64,000 nucleotides of DNA from Sedimentisphaerales bacterium (GCA_963708075.1 OY970194.1:5152001-5216000), one strand, 5' to 3'. Numbered from the stretch's first letter, positions 13,653 through 24,895 are shown. Numbers and translations: made by a program. Notes: a model not told the origin generated them from the letters alone.

Positions 13653-13907
13653 ATGCGGTATGTAACAGCCATTCTGGCCAGTGCTTTCATGTTTGTGGCT
13701 GTCGGGTTCCTCTGTGCCCTGGCTCTTTTGTTTATACTTCCCTCAGGCTGGGCGCAGGCAGAGATGAGAATCGGTATTGTGGGCGGAAATTCGGCAAGTG
13801 TGGCCGGAGCCATTGTCGGCGCGCTTGCTGCCGCGTATACATTTAAGGCCTCGCTAAACGCCAAAACCGGCCGGCTTTACAGGAAGAACAAGGCGGCTGA
13901 TGGATAA
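13653..13907 (+). CDS. Small hypothetical membrane protein
   Basis: Two hydrophobic segments and a basic tail; RBS-like GAAGG just downstream of the lgt stop. Confidence 0.6.
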   Translation: MRYVTAILASAFMFVAVGFLCALALLFILPSGWAQAEMRIGIVGGNSASVAGAIVGALAAAYTFKASLNAKTGRLYRKNKAADG

Positions 13908-13985
13908 AGACATGCCTCGTGTCGAAATCTGCGACTGTCGCCGGATCCGTGTCCATCCGTGTAAATTCGTGTCTGCATCATCCAT

Positions 13986-15047
13986 TCATTGCATTGGAGC
14001 GCTGGGTGCTTGATCAGCGGGGGACTCGTCGAGGCAGGGGGCTTGCTGGAGTTGGGTGAGTTGGAGGCCGAGACGGTCGAGTCGCTTTTGGGCGTCGTCG
14101 TATTTGGTCCAGGCGTTGCGCAGGTGGGTGCCGAGGGTGTCCCAGGCGCAGAGGAACTCGGCGAAGCTGCTGTTGAGCTGCGTCAAGTTGCGGCGGATCT
14201 CGGCGGCTTGGCGCTCGATCTGCAGGCCGTGCAGGCCCATCGCGACCGTCATCAGGTACGCGTAGAGCAGGTTCGGCGAAACGGGGATCACCTTGCGGTC
14301 GAGGCAGTAGTGCAGCATGTCCTCGCCGTCGGCGCACTGGATGACCGTCTCGTAATAAACGTTCTCGGCGGGGATATACATCAGGGCGAAGTCGAGCGTC
14401 CCTTCCACCGGCCGGATATAGGCGGAGGCGATCTTGTCCACGTGGGCGGACACGTCGCGCAGGAACTGGCGGCGCAATCGTGGCCGCTCGTCCTCGCTCG
14501 GGCTGTTCATCGCCCGCTCGAAGCTCGGCAGCGGGAATTTCGCGTCGATCCCCACCGAGAAGTCCGTCATCTGCACGAGGGCATCGACGATGCGGCCGTC
14601 CTTGAACGCGTGCTGGAGCGTGTAGCTGCCCTTGGGCAGGGCCTGGCTGAGCAGGTTTTCGAGCGACCATTCGCCGATCTGGCCGCGAAGCTTCGGGCTG
14701 CTGAGGATGTCCTGCAACCGCCGGACGTCGGTGCCGAGCTGGAGCATCTGTTTGTTCGCGCCCTGGAGTTCGCCGATCTGTCGGTTGAGCTGCGAGAGGA
14801 CCTGCTGGCTCGATTGCAGGTTCTGCGTGAGCGCGTTCTGGCCCGCCTGCAGAGAGCCGGCCAACGTCTGCGTCGTCCTGTCCTGAGCTGTCTTGAGGGC
14901 CTCAAGCTGCTGCTGGAGCAGCCCAACCCCCGCGGCCTGGCCCGCCATATCCCGCCGTGTCGCCAGAGCGGACGCAATCAGCCAGGCCAGTAGAACGAGC
15001 ATGGCCAGAACCAGGATCACCCCCGCCGCCGCCAACACGTGTACCAT
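13986..15047 (-). CDS. rmuC: DNA recombination protein RmuC
   Basis: N-terminal TM and coiled coil, RGQIGEWSLE, IDAKFPL, DFALMYIPAE motifs. Confidence 0.92.
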   Translation of the reverse strand: MVHVLAAAGVILVLAMLVLLAWLIASALATRRDMAGQAAGVGLLQQQLEALKTAQDRTTQTLAGSLQAGQNALTQNLQSSQQVLSQLNRQIGELQGANKQMLQLGTDVRRLQDILSSPKLRGQIGEWSLENLLSQALPKGSYTLQHAFKDGRIVDALVQMTDFSVGIDAKFPLPSFERAMNSPSEDERPRLRRQFLRDVSAHVDKIASAYIRPVEGTLDFALMYIPAENVYYETVIQCADGEDMLHYCLDRKVIPVSPNLLYAYLMTVAMGLHGLQIERQAAEIRRNLTQLNSSFAEFLCAWDTLGTHLRNAWTKYDDAQKRLDRLGLQLTQLQQAPCLDESPADQAPSAPMQ

Positions 15048-15160
15048 AAAGCACTCCTGATAACCGCAGGGGATTATAGAAAGTCCGCTCCGCCTCGTCA
15101 AACCGCGGCCGGCGTGAGCCAGAGATTAAATGGATCGCGGCACAGGAAGGAATGGAGAGG

Positions 15161-15287
15161 CCACAAAGCGCCAAACTCCCGCCGCAAAGCGACGGAATAG
15201 GCGTATCCGAGAGGAGACATCCCCATGCACCCAGTGCCCCAGTCTCAAGAGGATGGGACGAAGCCAACGACTCTGGCGGTGCCACCC
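15161..15287. repeat. Partial copy of the repeat element at 20020-20675 (right-end portion)
   Basis: Colinear similarity with 20550-20675, both ending ...GGCGGTGCCACCC. Confidence 0.7.
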
Positions 15288-15343
15288 GGCACAGCACCCA
15301 AGAACCTGCACAGACACGGGGGATCATATGGGATTTTTCGCTG

Positions 15344-15372
15344 TTGACAAGGGCGGGATTGAGTCCTATAAT
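15344..15372 (+). promoter_or_regulatory. Consensus sigma70 promoter
   Basis: TTGACA (15344-15349), 17-bp spacer, TATAAT (15367-15372), upstream of the CDS at 15480. Confidence 0.8.
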
Positions 15373-15479
15373 AGTTGGTCGACAAAGGGAGCGTACGTGG
15401 TCACGGATCGGCCTATCACTAATGCGGCTGTCGGTATGCCTTTCCGAGGGCCGGGGGCACTTTTCGAGGAGGTGGGATC

Positions 15480-17387
15480 ATGCGAATTGGGACATTTTGT
15501 GTAGCAGCACTGGCGCTGATGGTTCCGGTGGGGACCGTCTGCGGGGGCTTGATCGTCAACGGGGACTTCGAGCTCGGCAACACCGGGTTCACGACCCAGT
15601 ACACGTACACGACGGACCTGTCGGAGTCGCGTACGATTGTGGTGGGCGTCGATCCCCAGCGGTACAACCCGCGGGCCGTGTCTTACGGCGACCACACGCT
15701 GGGTTTCGGCAAGATGCTCATCGTCAACGGGGCCGAGGAAGACGATGTCGTCATCTGGCAGCAGACCGTGTCGGTCACGCCGAACACGCAGTACGTGTTC
15801 GGCTACTGGCTGTCGAACTGGACCGACAACGACATCCGGCTGGCCCAGATCAAGTGCATCATCAATGGCGTCGAGCTCGGCCTCGGCTGGGCCCCGGCGG
15901 CAACGGGCCAATGGATCTTCGTATTCCACAGGTGGAACTCCGGCTCCAATACCCAGGCGACAATCAAGCTCATCAATAAGATCCGCGCACAGGTCAGCAA
16001 CGACTTTGCCATCGACGACATCGACCTGTTCGACATTGGGGACAACTACCTTCTGGTGGCGTACTCGACGCCGGGGGGCTCCGTAGCGACCCCGGGCCAC
16101 GGGGTGTTCATTTATCCGCCGGACGAGAGCGTCGAGCTGGAAGCCAATTGCGACAGCGGCTATGAGTTCGCGGGCTGGGGCGGCAACTTCTCCGATCCCG
16201 GCCACCTCCTGTGGATCGACATGAGTACGGACCGCACGGCGATTGCCCAGTTCAAGAAGCTCGACTACAGCGTGACGGTCCAGGCGTCGGGCTCGGCGCC
16301 GGACGAGTTCGCCACGTGTGCGGAGTCGGCCGACCGGCTGGCCGTCTTCCAGGGTGCCCTCGACTCGCTCTATCCAGGCGGATTGATCGTCGGCCAGCGA
16401 AAAGGGGTGTGCGATGCGACGTACCTGTTCCCGATTCTGATCCCCAAGGCCGGAATCAGAGACATCACGAAGATCGCCGTCAACATCTACGGCACCGCGC
16501 TCTCGGGCGCTCCGCTGGTGAAGGTGGCAGACAGCGGGTTCTACAAACCGCACATGGGCGACCTGCATCTGGCCTTCACGGGCAAGGGCATTGTGGATCT
16601 CCTGGGTAGTCCTGAAGGACCCGTGTGCTGGCTGCCCGTGGAGGTCAATGCCGTCACGACGGCCTGGGACGTGGCGGACGTCTATGTCTCCTACGACTGC
16701 TCGAGCATCTCCAGGAATCTGCTGCGCAGGTTCCACGATCACCTCAGCATCTCCCAGGCGCTGGAGGGCTATGCCCGCGCCGGGGACATCCGCGACCTGT
16801 TCAGCCTCAGGGCCAACCGAGAGTCTGCCTGGGAGGCCGTCGTGCAGACATCCGCACTGGCCGAGGACCTCGGCGGCTACAGTGACGCGCTTCCGAGCGC
16901 CATCGGCGCCTGCATCGAGGGGCTGGATGGTTTCCTCGCGCGTTGGCAATCGCTCGCGGATTCCGCCGACCTGAGCCTTCTCGCGCGGTGCAATTCCGAG
17001 ACGATCATGACCTGTCTCGATGCCGCCGTCTTGAGCGGCGGGTCTTACATCGCCACGTATGCGGATGCCATCGCCGATGGGCGCGTCGTTGCGGACGAGG
17101 CTTCACAGTTGAATCGAAGCGTCGCCCAATGGAAGGCCGACATGACCGCCCTGAACGCGACGATGAGCGAGGTGTTCCGCACGCTGGGCGAGATCTATCT
17201 CAATGCCTCTGCCCCGAAGGAAAAGGTGCTCCGTGACACCGCGGAGAAGATGATCCGCGCGATGGCGCCCTGGCGCACGGGAGAGGTCGACGACTACGGC
17301 TACTGGACGCCGTCGAGCTCGATTTACCTGGAGGAGGTCATTGGGACCCTGCAGGACTTCCCGGCGGAAGACATAGCCGTTCCGTAA
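15480..17387 (+). CDS. Secreted protein with N-terminal jelly-roll/CBM-like domain and a B-repeat-like domain
   Basis: Signal peptide, LIVNGDFELG...NDFAIDDI jelly-roll pattern, GGSV...VELEA...GYEFAGW repeat pattern; RBS GGAGG. Confidence 0.7.
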   Translation: MRIGTFCVAALALMVPVGTVCGGLIVNGDFELGNTGFTTQYTYTTDLSESRTIVVGVDPQRYNPRAVSYGDHTLGFGKMLIVNGAEEDDVVIWQQTVSVTPNTQYVFGYWLSNWTDNDIRLAQIKCIINGVELGLGWAPAATGQWIFVFHRWNSGSNTQATIKLINKIRAQVSNDFAIDDIDLFDIGDNYLLVAYSTPGGSVATPGHGVFIYPPDESVELEANCDSGYEFAGWGGNFSDPGHLLWIDMSTDRTAIAQFKKLDYSVTVQASGSAPDEFATCAESADRLAVFQGALDSLYPGGLIVGQRKGVCDATYLFPILIPKAGIRDITKIAVNIYGTALSGAPLVKVADSGFYKPHMGDLHLAFTGKGIVDLLGSPEGPVCWLPVEVNAVTTAWDVADVYVSYDCSSISRNLLRRFHDHLSISQALEGYARAGDIRDLFSLRANRESAWEAVVQTSALAEDLGGYSDALPSAIGACIEGLDGFLARWQSLADSADLSLLARCNSETIMTCLDAAVLSGGSYIATYADAIADGRVVADEASQLNRSVAQWKADMTALNATMSEVFRTLGEIYLNASAPKEKVLRDTAEKMIRAMAPWRTGEVDDYGYWTPSSSIYLEEVIGTLQDFPAEDIAVP

Positions 17388-17415
17388 GCTCGGCGTGAGG
17401 AATAAGCTTCACTAT

Positions 17416-17487
17416 GTCACCCCCGCGCAGGCGGGGGTCCAGGATCGTTCGAAAGGTGGCTGGATTCCCGCCTTCGCGGGAATGACA
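17416..17487. repeat. Palindromic repeat of the GTCA(T/C)CCCGCG...CTGGATTCCCG...GGGAATGAC type
   Basis: Paired arms; half copies at about 39859-39887, 58830-58857 and 61165-61185. Confidence 0.7.
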
Positions 17488-17498
17488 TGTGGGGCGCC

Positions 17499-17577
17499 GG
17501 GTGCCATGTCTACGCTTGCGTAGACATGTCTGACTCGATGGACAGGACATGCTTACGCGAGCGTAAGCATGGCGCCC
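17499..17577. repeat. Palindromic REP-like element GGGTGCCATG...CATGGCRCCC
   Basis: Two internal hairpins; a second copy at 24753-24831. Confidence 0.85.
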
Positions 17578-17743
17578 GGCGCACAAATCAATCACGATCC
17601 ATACGAGGACGGCGAACCGATCCTTTCCTGAGTTCTTCACCGACATGAGCATATTCCTGAGCCGGAAAATGGTTGAAGCGAGTGCGCTGTCGCTGTATCG
17701 TCCTGATTCGTAGTTTACGGGCGGTTGTGAATAAGGAGCAGCG

Positions 17744-18352
17744 GTGCAGGACATACGGGCGGTTCTGTTCGACTGGGGCGGCGTGCTGATCGACAATCCG
17801 GCGTCGCCGCTGATGGACTATTGTGCGCGGGCGCTGGGGGTCTCCGTGGAGGATTATACGCGGGTGCATCATACACACGGTGAGGCGTTCCAGAGAGGGC
17901 GGATTCCCGAGGCGACATTCTGGCAGCGGGTGTGCGGCGCACTCGGCCGGCCATTACCGCAGACATCCTCGCTCTGGGGCGACGCGTTCCGGGCGGTCTA
18001 TTCTCCTCGCAACGACGTGTTCGCATTGGCGGACCGGCTGCACGCGAGCGGGTACAGGATCGCTCTGCTGTCGAACACGGAAGGTCCGGCGATGGAGTTC
18101 TTCCTGGAACTGCGCTACAAGGTTTTCGACGCCCCGATCTTCTCCTGCGCCGAGGGCGCGTGCAAGCCGGAGAGGGAAATCTACGAGATCGCCGCACGCA
18201 AGCTCGCGACGCCGGCAGGGCGGTGCGTCCTGATCGACGACAAGCCGGCGTTCGTAGAGGGCGCGCGGAACGCGGGCATGGAAGGCATCGTGTACGAGAG
18301 TCTCGAACAGATAAAAAGAGAACTGACAGAACTTGATGTGCGAGTGAAATAG
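17744..18352 (+). CDS. HAD-superfamily phosphatase
   Basis: Motif I FDWGGVL, LSNT, KPEREIY, IDDK; RBS AGGAG before the GTG start. Confidence 0.9.
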   Translation: MQDIRAVLFDWGGVLIDNPASPLMDYCARALGVSVEDYTRVHHTHGEAFQRGRIPEATFWQRVCGALGRPLPQTSSLWGDAFRAVYSPRNDVFALADRLHASGYRIALLSNTEGPAMEFFLELRYKVFDAPIFSCAEGACKPEREIYEIAARKLATPAGRCVLIDDKPAFVEGARNAGMEGIVYESLEQIKRELTELDVRVK

Positions 18353-18456
18353 GCCGCTGATTCCGGGTGGCAGCGTCAAGGCCGAAGGCCTTGGCGATGG
18401 CTCTAACGTCGTGAACTATCATTTGGTCATTTCGGCCTGCTCGATAGGGCAGGCAT

Positions 18457-19857
18457 ATGAATAGGAGACAACCGATGCGAGTGACCCCCAAGAGAGAGCT
18501 GTCTTTGTTCGACTCCACATCCATCATCGTCGGCATCATCATCGGAGCGGGCATCTACCTGATGGCGCCGGATATCGCCAGGGGGGCTCAAACGTGGTGG
18601 GGCGTCTTTGCCATCTGGATTGTCGGCGGACTGCTCTCGCTGGCGGGGGCCCTGAGCTACGCGGAGTTGGCGACGGCCTATCCGCGGGAGGGCGGCGATT
18701 ACGTGTACCTGAGCAAGGCCTACGGACGATGGGCCGGATTCCTGTTCGGCTGGGCCCAGCTCACCGTCGTTCGGCCGGGTGACATCGCGATCATGGCCTT
18801 TGCCTTCGCCACCTTCGGCCGGGAGATCTACGATCCCCTGGCGGCTTATCCCGGCGTCAGCCAGCGGGTCTTCGCGGGCGCCGCCGTGCTCGTGCTGACC
18901 CTCATCAACATCCTCGGCGTCAAGCAGGGCAAGTGGACCCAGAACCTCCTGACGACGGCCAAGGCACTGGGCTTGCTGGCCATTGTGGGCGTGGCCGTGG
19001 CAGCGCCTCGCGGGGCCGGGACGCCCGTCTCCTACGACGGCCTGATGCCGATGACCTGGTGGCTGGCCTTGATCTTTGTTCTCTTTACCTATGGCGGTTG
19101 GAACGAGATGGCCTACGTAGCCGCCGAGGTCAAGGACCCCCGGCGCAACATCGTTCGAGCCCTCGTGACGGGCACCGCCGCGGTCATCACCTTGTACCTG
19201 CTGGTCAACGTCGCGTTCCTTTACACACTGGGCTACAATGGGCTGGCGACCTCGAAGGCGGTGGCCGGCGATGCCATCGGGACGGTCTTTCCCGTCGTGG
19301 GCTCACGGCTGATCAGCGCCCTGGTGTGCATCTCCGCCCTGGGCGCAGTCAACGGCCTGATCTTCACCGGCGCCCGGATCTCCTACGCGATGGGTGAGGA
19401 CCACCGCCTGTTCCGCGCCCTGGGCCATTGGGACCCGCGCACAGGCACGCCGGTCTGGGCGCTGGCGGTACAGGGGCTGATCGCCCTTGCCCTGATCCTG
19501 GCCTTCGGCGGCTACATCGACGCGGTCCTCTACACAGCCGCCGCCGTTTACACCTTCTACCTGGGCACGTCCCTGTCCGTGCTCGTGCTGCGCTTCAAGG
19601 AGCCGGACGTCGAGCGGCCGTACAAGGTGACCGGGTACCCGGTCACGCCCCTGATTTTTAGCGGCGTCTGCCTGCTCCTGATCTACAACTCCATCATCTA
19701 CGCCAAGAACTTCAAACCGGTCAGCCTGATCGTTCTGGCCGCCGCATTGGGGCTGGGGGTCGTAATCTATGTAATCACGGCGGCCATTGGCTGGAATCGA
19801 AGCAGCAATCAACCTGCGGCAGAGCCGCCGGGAGTTTTTTCCTCGGACGTGCAATAA
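18457..19857 (+). CDS. APC-family amino acid permease
   Basis: GIIIGAGI, YAELATAYPREGGDY, YGGWNE and about 12 TM segments (start may be 18475). Confidence 0.92.
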   Translation: MNRRQPMRVTPKRELSLFDSTSIIVGIIIGAGIYLMAPDIARGAQTWWGVFAIWIVGGLLSLAGALSYAELATAYPREGGDYVYLSKAYGRWAGFLFGWAQLTVVRPGDIAIMAFAFATFGREIYDPLAAYPGVSQRVFAGAAVLVLTLINILGVKQGKWTQNLLTTAKALGLLAIVGVAVAAPRGAGTPVSYDGLMPMTWWLALIFVLFTYGGWNEMAYVAAEVKDPRRNIVRALVTGTAAVITLYLLVNVAFLYTLGYNGLATSKAVAGDAIGTVFPVVGSRLISALVCISALGAVNGLIFTGARISYAMGEDHRLFRALGHWDPRTGTPVWALAVQGLIALALILAFGGYIDAVLYTAAAVYTFYLGTSLSVLVLRFKEPDVERPYKVTGYPVTPLIFSGVCLLLIYNSIIYAKNFKPVSLIVLAAALGLGVVIYVITAAIGWNRSSNQPAAEPPGVFSSDVQ

Positions 19858-20019
19858 CGCTCACAAGAACGGCGTCTATTCAGGTGGATACTGGATACGA
19901 AACCTTACGCCCGGTAACACTCTGCAACCAGACGCCCATGCGTCGTTCTTAGATGAGCGGTCGTTCGCGGCCGCTCATCGCATTTTGACACATTCCCGGA
20001 ATGAAGAACCATAATCATA

Positions 20020-20675
20020 GGTGGCACGGGTGCGGTTGGAATCCGGTGGCGATTGGTGCCGCTCTTCGTAGGGTGAGCGTCCCCGCTCGCCCGTTTTGTC
20101 GCATGGCCTCGCACCACATCCTGTCGGTTGCAGATCCCTGCAATGGACGAGCGGGGACGCTCGTCCTACGCGGAGACCCGAATCCGCCACCAAAGGCCGA
20201 CCACACCCGGTGGCACGGGCAAACTCGTTTGCATCGTCCCAAGTTGTTGAGATTGGGCTGTCGGCAATGAACGCCACGAACGCAGGTTCTGACAGTTCCC
20301 CTGAGGGGCGCTGCCCCCAGACCCCCGGCATTTTCCGCTTTGAGCCGGCAACATGGAACGCAGAGCGAGCTTCTCCCGCCGCCGGGGCTGAACGATCCGG
20401 CTGTACGAAGACCCTGGAGTTCTTGGTGCCATCGCCTCGGCGGACTGCCGGCAGGGAGTTTACCGCTTTGGGGCCACCAGCATGATATATCGTATGCGCT
20501 GGCTGCAACAGTGCCCTGGAAAGAGCGATAGCCTGAACCATGCTGGAGGCCACAACGCGGCAAACTCACGCCGCGAAGCGGCGGAATCGGTTCGTCCGAC
20601 AGAGACATTGCTGTGCATGCAGTGGCCCAACCTCAAGAAGATGGGGCGCTGCCAACAAATTTGGCGGTGCCACCC
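20020..20675. repeat. Non-coding element with ~50-bp imperfect terminal inverted repeats, interrupted by a MITE
   Basis: 20209-20258 is an imperfect reverse complement of about 20625-20675; internal palindromes; no credible ORF. Confidence 0.65.
20028..20208. mobile_element. MITE (181 bp) with perfect 8-bp target duplication
   Basis: Ends GGGTGCGGTTGG... and ...CCGACCACACCC match the 329-bp family; flanked by GGTGGCAC at 20020-20027 and 20209-20216; contains a GTAG...CTAC REP pair. Confidence 0.8.
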
Positions 20676-20819
20676 CCACACAGAGGGACTCTCGGGGCGG
20701 ATGAACATGATTCCAGTCGTGGTCAGTTCAGTCGATGGAGATATGGACGGTCTGTGGCGGTTGTATGGACGGACCGATGGGGGGAGGGAATCGTTGCGAG
20801 AGCGGAGAGGTCTGGGCGG

Positions 20820-21368
20820 CTATTCGCAGTCCAGGGGCAGGTAGACGTTCTCGGTGGGGATGTGGAACTTGCGGCACAGGGCTTCCAGGAGCATCTCCAG
20901 ACGCTTCAACTGGTAGTTCGTGGGTGTCACGGCAACGCCATCACCGACCAGACATATGCGGATGGTCCGCTCCGAGCCCTGCCACGTGGCGCTGGGCCGG
21001 CTCGACCACTGTCTCTGCCACTTTTCCGTCGCCTGGATCTCGCCGTCGTCGGCGCCGTTGCCATTGCAGATGACGAAATGGCAATTCAGCTCCGCCGCAC
21101 CGGCCGAACCGTGCACGGCCGCCAATTGGGTGAGGCTGCCGCTCTTGGTGCCGCTGAAGAAGATCTGAATGCTGTTCCATCGATCCGGGGCCTGGCACTC
21201 ACGCGAGCGCATCACGTGGTCCACGGAGTTCAGTCGGTAGTAAGCGGACAGACAGAAGGGACCGGCGGACGGGGGATTACTGCCCAATACCATCAGGACA
21301 ATTGCCCCGGCGGTCATGGAGACTAACAGTGCGGCTAAGACTTTCGCTACCCTCGGCTGGTTCGACAT
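20820..21368 (-). CDS. Membrane-anchored N-acetylmuramoyl-L-alanine amidase (Amidase_2/PGRP)-like protein, probably degenerate
   Basis: HFVICNG...DGEIQ...W..Q, IRICLVGD, PT..QL..L..L pattern; first Zn-ligand region reads IQIFFSG rather than IVIHH. Confidence 0.65.
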   Translation of the reverse strand: MSNQPRVAKVLAALLVSMTAGAIVLMVLGSNPPSAGPFCLSAYYRLNSVDHVMRSRECQAPDRWNSIQIFFSGTKSGSLTQLAAVHGSAGAAELNCHFVICNGNGADDGEIQATEKWQRQWSSRPSATWQGSERTIRICLVGDGVAVTPTNYQLKRLEMLLEALCRKFHIPTENVYLPLDCE

Positions 21369-21584
21369 ATGCCTTCGACCACTTCACCCTTGCTCACGAA
21401 CCCCGCGCCCGCACCGCCACGAACTGATTTCTTCACCAGGGCGCAACAGTTATATATTCGTACATCGGCACTGACCAGCGTCTTGCTACAGAATTTATGC
21501 AAAATCCCGTCCTGCAATGCAAATTTCTGTGCATTTTCGAGATCGCTAGACCAGAGCCGGAACATCTTATAGGTCCACAGTTCC

Positions 21585-21614
21585 TTGACAAGCCGCGAGT
21601 CCGTACTCTATACT
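21585..21614 (+). promoter_or_regulatory. Probable sigma70 promoter of the DUF4954-nagB unit
   Basis: TTGACA, 18-bp spacer, TATACT. Confidence 0.55.
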
Positions 21615-21736
21615 GCGCTTCCTTAATAGTTGTGGTTGGTGTGTCGGCTGGGCACACGGGGGTCGCCAACAGGATGTTGTGCGAGGAAGCCGTGTCGCAC
21701 GGGGCAGATGACCCGCCGATAGAAAGGAGACTCACG

Positions 21737-23746
21737 GTGTCACAGGGGCGAGCATTATCACCGCAGGAGATTTCACGCCTGACGGAGCAGGGATGCACCT
21801 GCGCGGACTGGTCGCAAGTCCAGGTGGCTGAGGGCTTCCGCCCGGAGCGCGTGAGAACGACGCACTTTTGCGGACCGGTCAAGCTCGGCGTGTTCGAGAA
21901 AGAGGTGTCCTTTTACGGCGGGGTAACCAAGCCCGCCGGCATCAGCCACGCCACGATCCACAACTGCACCATCGGCAACAACGTCTATATCAGCCAGGTC
22001 CGAAATTATATCGCCAATTACGTCATCGAGGACGACGCGGTCATCGACAACATCGACCTGCTGGCGGTTGATGGGCGAAAGCTCGTTCGGCAACGGCACG
22101 AAGGTCACGGCGGTCAACGAGGCCGGCGGCAGGGAGATCCCGATTTACGACCATCTCTCGGCACATACCGCGTACGTGATTGCGTTCTACCGGCATCGGC
22201 CGAAAGTGATCCAGAAGCTTCGCGACGATGATCGATGGGTACACCGCCTCCGTGCGATCGCCCATGGGATTCGTGGGCAAAGGCGCGCGGATCATCAACT
22301 CCCGGCTGCTCAAGAACGTCCGGATCGGGCCGGCCGCCATCATCGAAGGCGTCAATCGGCTCGAGAACGGATCGGTCAACAGTTGCCCCGAGGACCCGAT
22401 CTACATCGGCCCGGGCGTCTACGCCGAGCGATTTCATCGTCGCCAGCGGCTCGAAGATCACCGATGGCACGATCATCTGCCATTGCTTCATCGGCCAGGG
22501 CTGCGTGCTGGCCAAGCAGTACTCCGCGGAGAACTCCGTCTTTTTCGCCAATTGCGGCGGGTTCCACGGGGAGGCCTGCTCCATCTTCGCCGGACCCTAT
22601 ACCGTCACCCATCACAAATCCACGCTGCTGATCGCGGGGCTCTTCTCGTTCCTCAACGCCGGCAGCGGTACCAACCAGAGCAACCACATGTACAAGCTCG
22701 GCCCGGTCCACCAGGGCGTCGTCGAGCGGGGCTCCAAGACCGGCAGCGATTCCTACATGCTCTGGCCGGCCAAGGTCGGGGCCTTCACCGTCGTCATGGG
22801 CCGGCACTATCGCAACTCCGACACCTCGGACCTGCCTTTCTCGTACCTGATCGAGCACGACGACGAGAGCGTGCTGGCGCCGGGCGTGAACCTGCGGAGC
22901 GTGGGCACGGTCCGCGACGCCCGCAAATGGCCACAGCGCGACCGCCGCAAGGACCCAAAGAAGCTCGACCACATCAATTTCAAACTGCTCAGCCCGTACA
23001 CGATCCAGAAGATGATCAACGGCCGGGACCTGCTGTGCAAGCTCAAGGCCGCCGCCGGACCAACGTCCGATTATTTCGTCTATAACAGCGTCAAGATCCC
23101 CAACGGACCGCTCGAACGCGGCATCGAGCTCTATCAGCTCGGCATCGACAAGTTCATCGGCAACTGCCTGATCAAGCGACTGGAGGGCAAGCAGTTCGGC
23201 AATATTAAGGAGTTGCGGGCGGCGCTGCGGCCCGACACCGGCGCAGGGCCGGGAAAATGGATCGACCTGGCCGGCATGCTCGCCCCGGAAGAACTCGTCC
23301 GGCAACTACTGAACGATATCGAAGGCGGGGCGGTCAACACACTGGAAGATCTCGATGCCCGATTTGCCGCGATGCACGAGAACTACCCCGCGTACGAATG
23401 GGCGTGGGCTGTGGAAGTCCTGCAGACGCAATTGGGCAAGAGAATCGATGAGATCACGTTCGAGGACATTGTCGAGCTGACGCTGCGATGGAAGGAGGCG
23501 GTGCTGGAGCTGGACCAGCGGCTCTACGATGATACGAAGAAGGAATTTGCCGCTACGGCCCAGATCGGGTTCGGGCTCGACGGCGACAACGAGACCAGGC
23601 AGAACGATTTCGCGGCCGTCCGAGGCACGTTCGAGGCCGACGGGTTCGTTGCCCAGATTGAAAAACATATCGCCGCCAAGAGCAAGCTCGCGGACGAGCT
23701 GCTGTGCCGGATCGAGCCCTTGTGCAAGGCACGCGGCGGAAAGTGA
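21737..23746 (+). CDS. DUF4954-family protein (hexapeptide/beta-helix-like); about three frameshifts
   Basis: ORFs 21497..22231, 22068..22631, 22228..23085 and 22235..23746 join into one protein (SFGNG..V..VNEAGGREI, HGEACSIFAGPYTVTHHKSTLLIAG, QSNHMYKLGPVHQG); RBS AAGGAG before GTG. Confidence 0.8.
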
Positions 23747-23787
23747 TATAGCTGTCACCCATTTTTCCCTATGAAAGGAGGGGATTC

Positions 23788-24600
23788 ATGAGAGTGATCA
23801 TTCAGCCGGATTATGAGCAGGCGTCCCAGTGGGTCGCCAATTACATGGCCGCGAGAATCCTCGCGTTTCGCCCGACGGCGAAAAAGCCGTTCGTCCTCGG
23901 CCTGCCCACCGGCTCCTCGCCCGTCGGGGCGTACGAGGCTTTGGTGAAGCTCTACGAGCAGGGCCGACTGTCCTTCAAGGACGTCGTGACGTTCAACATG
24001 GACGAGTACGTCGGCCTGCCCCAGGACCATCCCGAGAGCTACCACTCGTTCATGTGGCGCAACTTGTTCAGCCACATCGACATCGCCAAGGCCAATGTCA
24101 ACATCCTCAACGGCAACGCGCCCGACCTCGACGCCGAGTGCGCCTCGTATGAAGATAGGATCAAGAAGGCCGGCGGCATCCGCCTGTTCCTCGGCGGCGT
24201 CGGTGTGGACGGCCACCTGGCGTTCAACGAGCCCGGATCCTCGCTGACCTCGCGTACGCGCGTCGTCCGGCTGACCACCGATACCCGCATCGTCAACTCC
24301 CGCTTCTTCGGCAACGATCCGAACAAGGTGCCCGAGACCGCCCTGAGCGTCGGCGTCGGGACCGTCATGGACGCCCAGGAAGTGCTCATCATCGTCAACG
24401 GCCACAACAAGGCCCGCGCCCTGCGGCAGCTCGTCGAAGAGGGCGTCAACCACATGTGGACCGGCAGCGCCCTGCAGTTACACCCGAACGGCATCATCGT
24501 CTGCGACGAGGCCGCCACGCTGGAGCTGCGGGTCGGCACGGTGAAATACTTCAAGGACGTCGAGGCCGCCAGCCTCGACCCCGCCACCCTGCTGAAGTAA
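23788..24600 (+). CDS. nagB: Glucosamine-6-phosphate deaminase
   Basis: [28 protein letters not shown] motifs. Confidence 0.96.
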   Translation: MRVIIQPDYEQASQWVANYMAARILAFRPTAKKPFVLGLPTGSSPVGAYEALVKLYEQGRLSFKDVVTFNMDEYVGLPQDHPESYHSFMWRNLFSHIDIAKANVNILNGNAPDLDAECASYEDRIKKAGGIRLFLGGVGVDGHLAFNEPGSSLTSRTRVVRLTTDTRIVNSRFFGNDPNKVPETALSVGVGTVMDAQEVLIIVNGHNKARALRQLVEEGVNHMWTGSALQLHPNGIIVCDEAATLELRVGTVKYFKDVEAASLDPATLLK

Positions 24601-24631
24601 GCTCGCTCTCCAATCGACAACGCCACGTCCC

Positions 24632-24895
24632 GGGTGGCAGCGTCAAGGCCGAAAGCCTTGGCGATGGCGCTTGCCTTGATGAGTCGGCCATCGCCAAGCT
24701 GCGCTTGACGCTGCCACCCGGCTGCTTTTCCTCGCGGGGTCAGCCAAGAGCTGGGTGCCATGCTTACGCTTGCGTAAGCATGTCTTGCCTATCGAATGGA
24801 ACATGTCTACGCAAGCGTAGACATGGCACCCGGCGAAGCCTGTTTGTAGTGTGCCCGTAAGAGCATTGAAAGAAACGCCTCACGGCGTCACTACG
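24632..24895. repeat. Cluster of three REP-like palindromes between convergent genes
   Basis: 24632-24719 (GGGTGGCAGC family), 24753-24831 (GGGTGCCATG family), about 24846-24893 (GTAG...CTAC pair). Confidence 0.8.
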
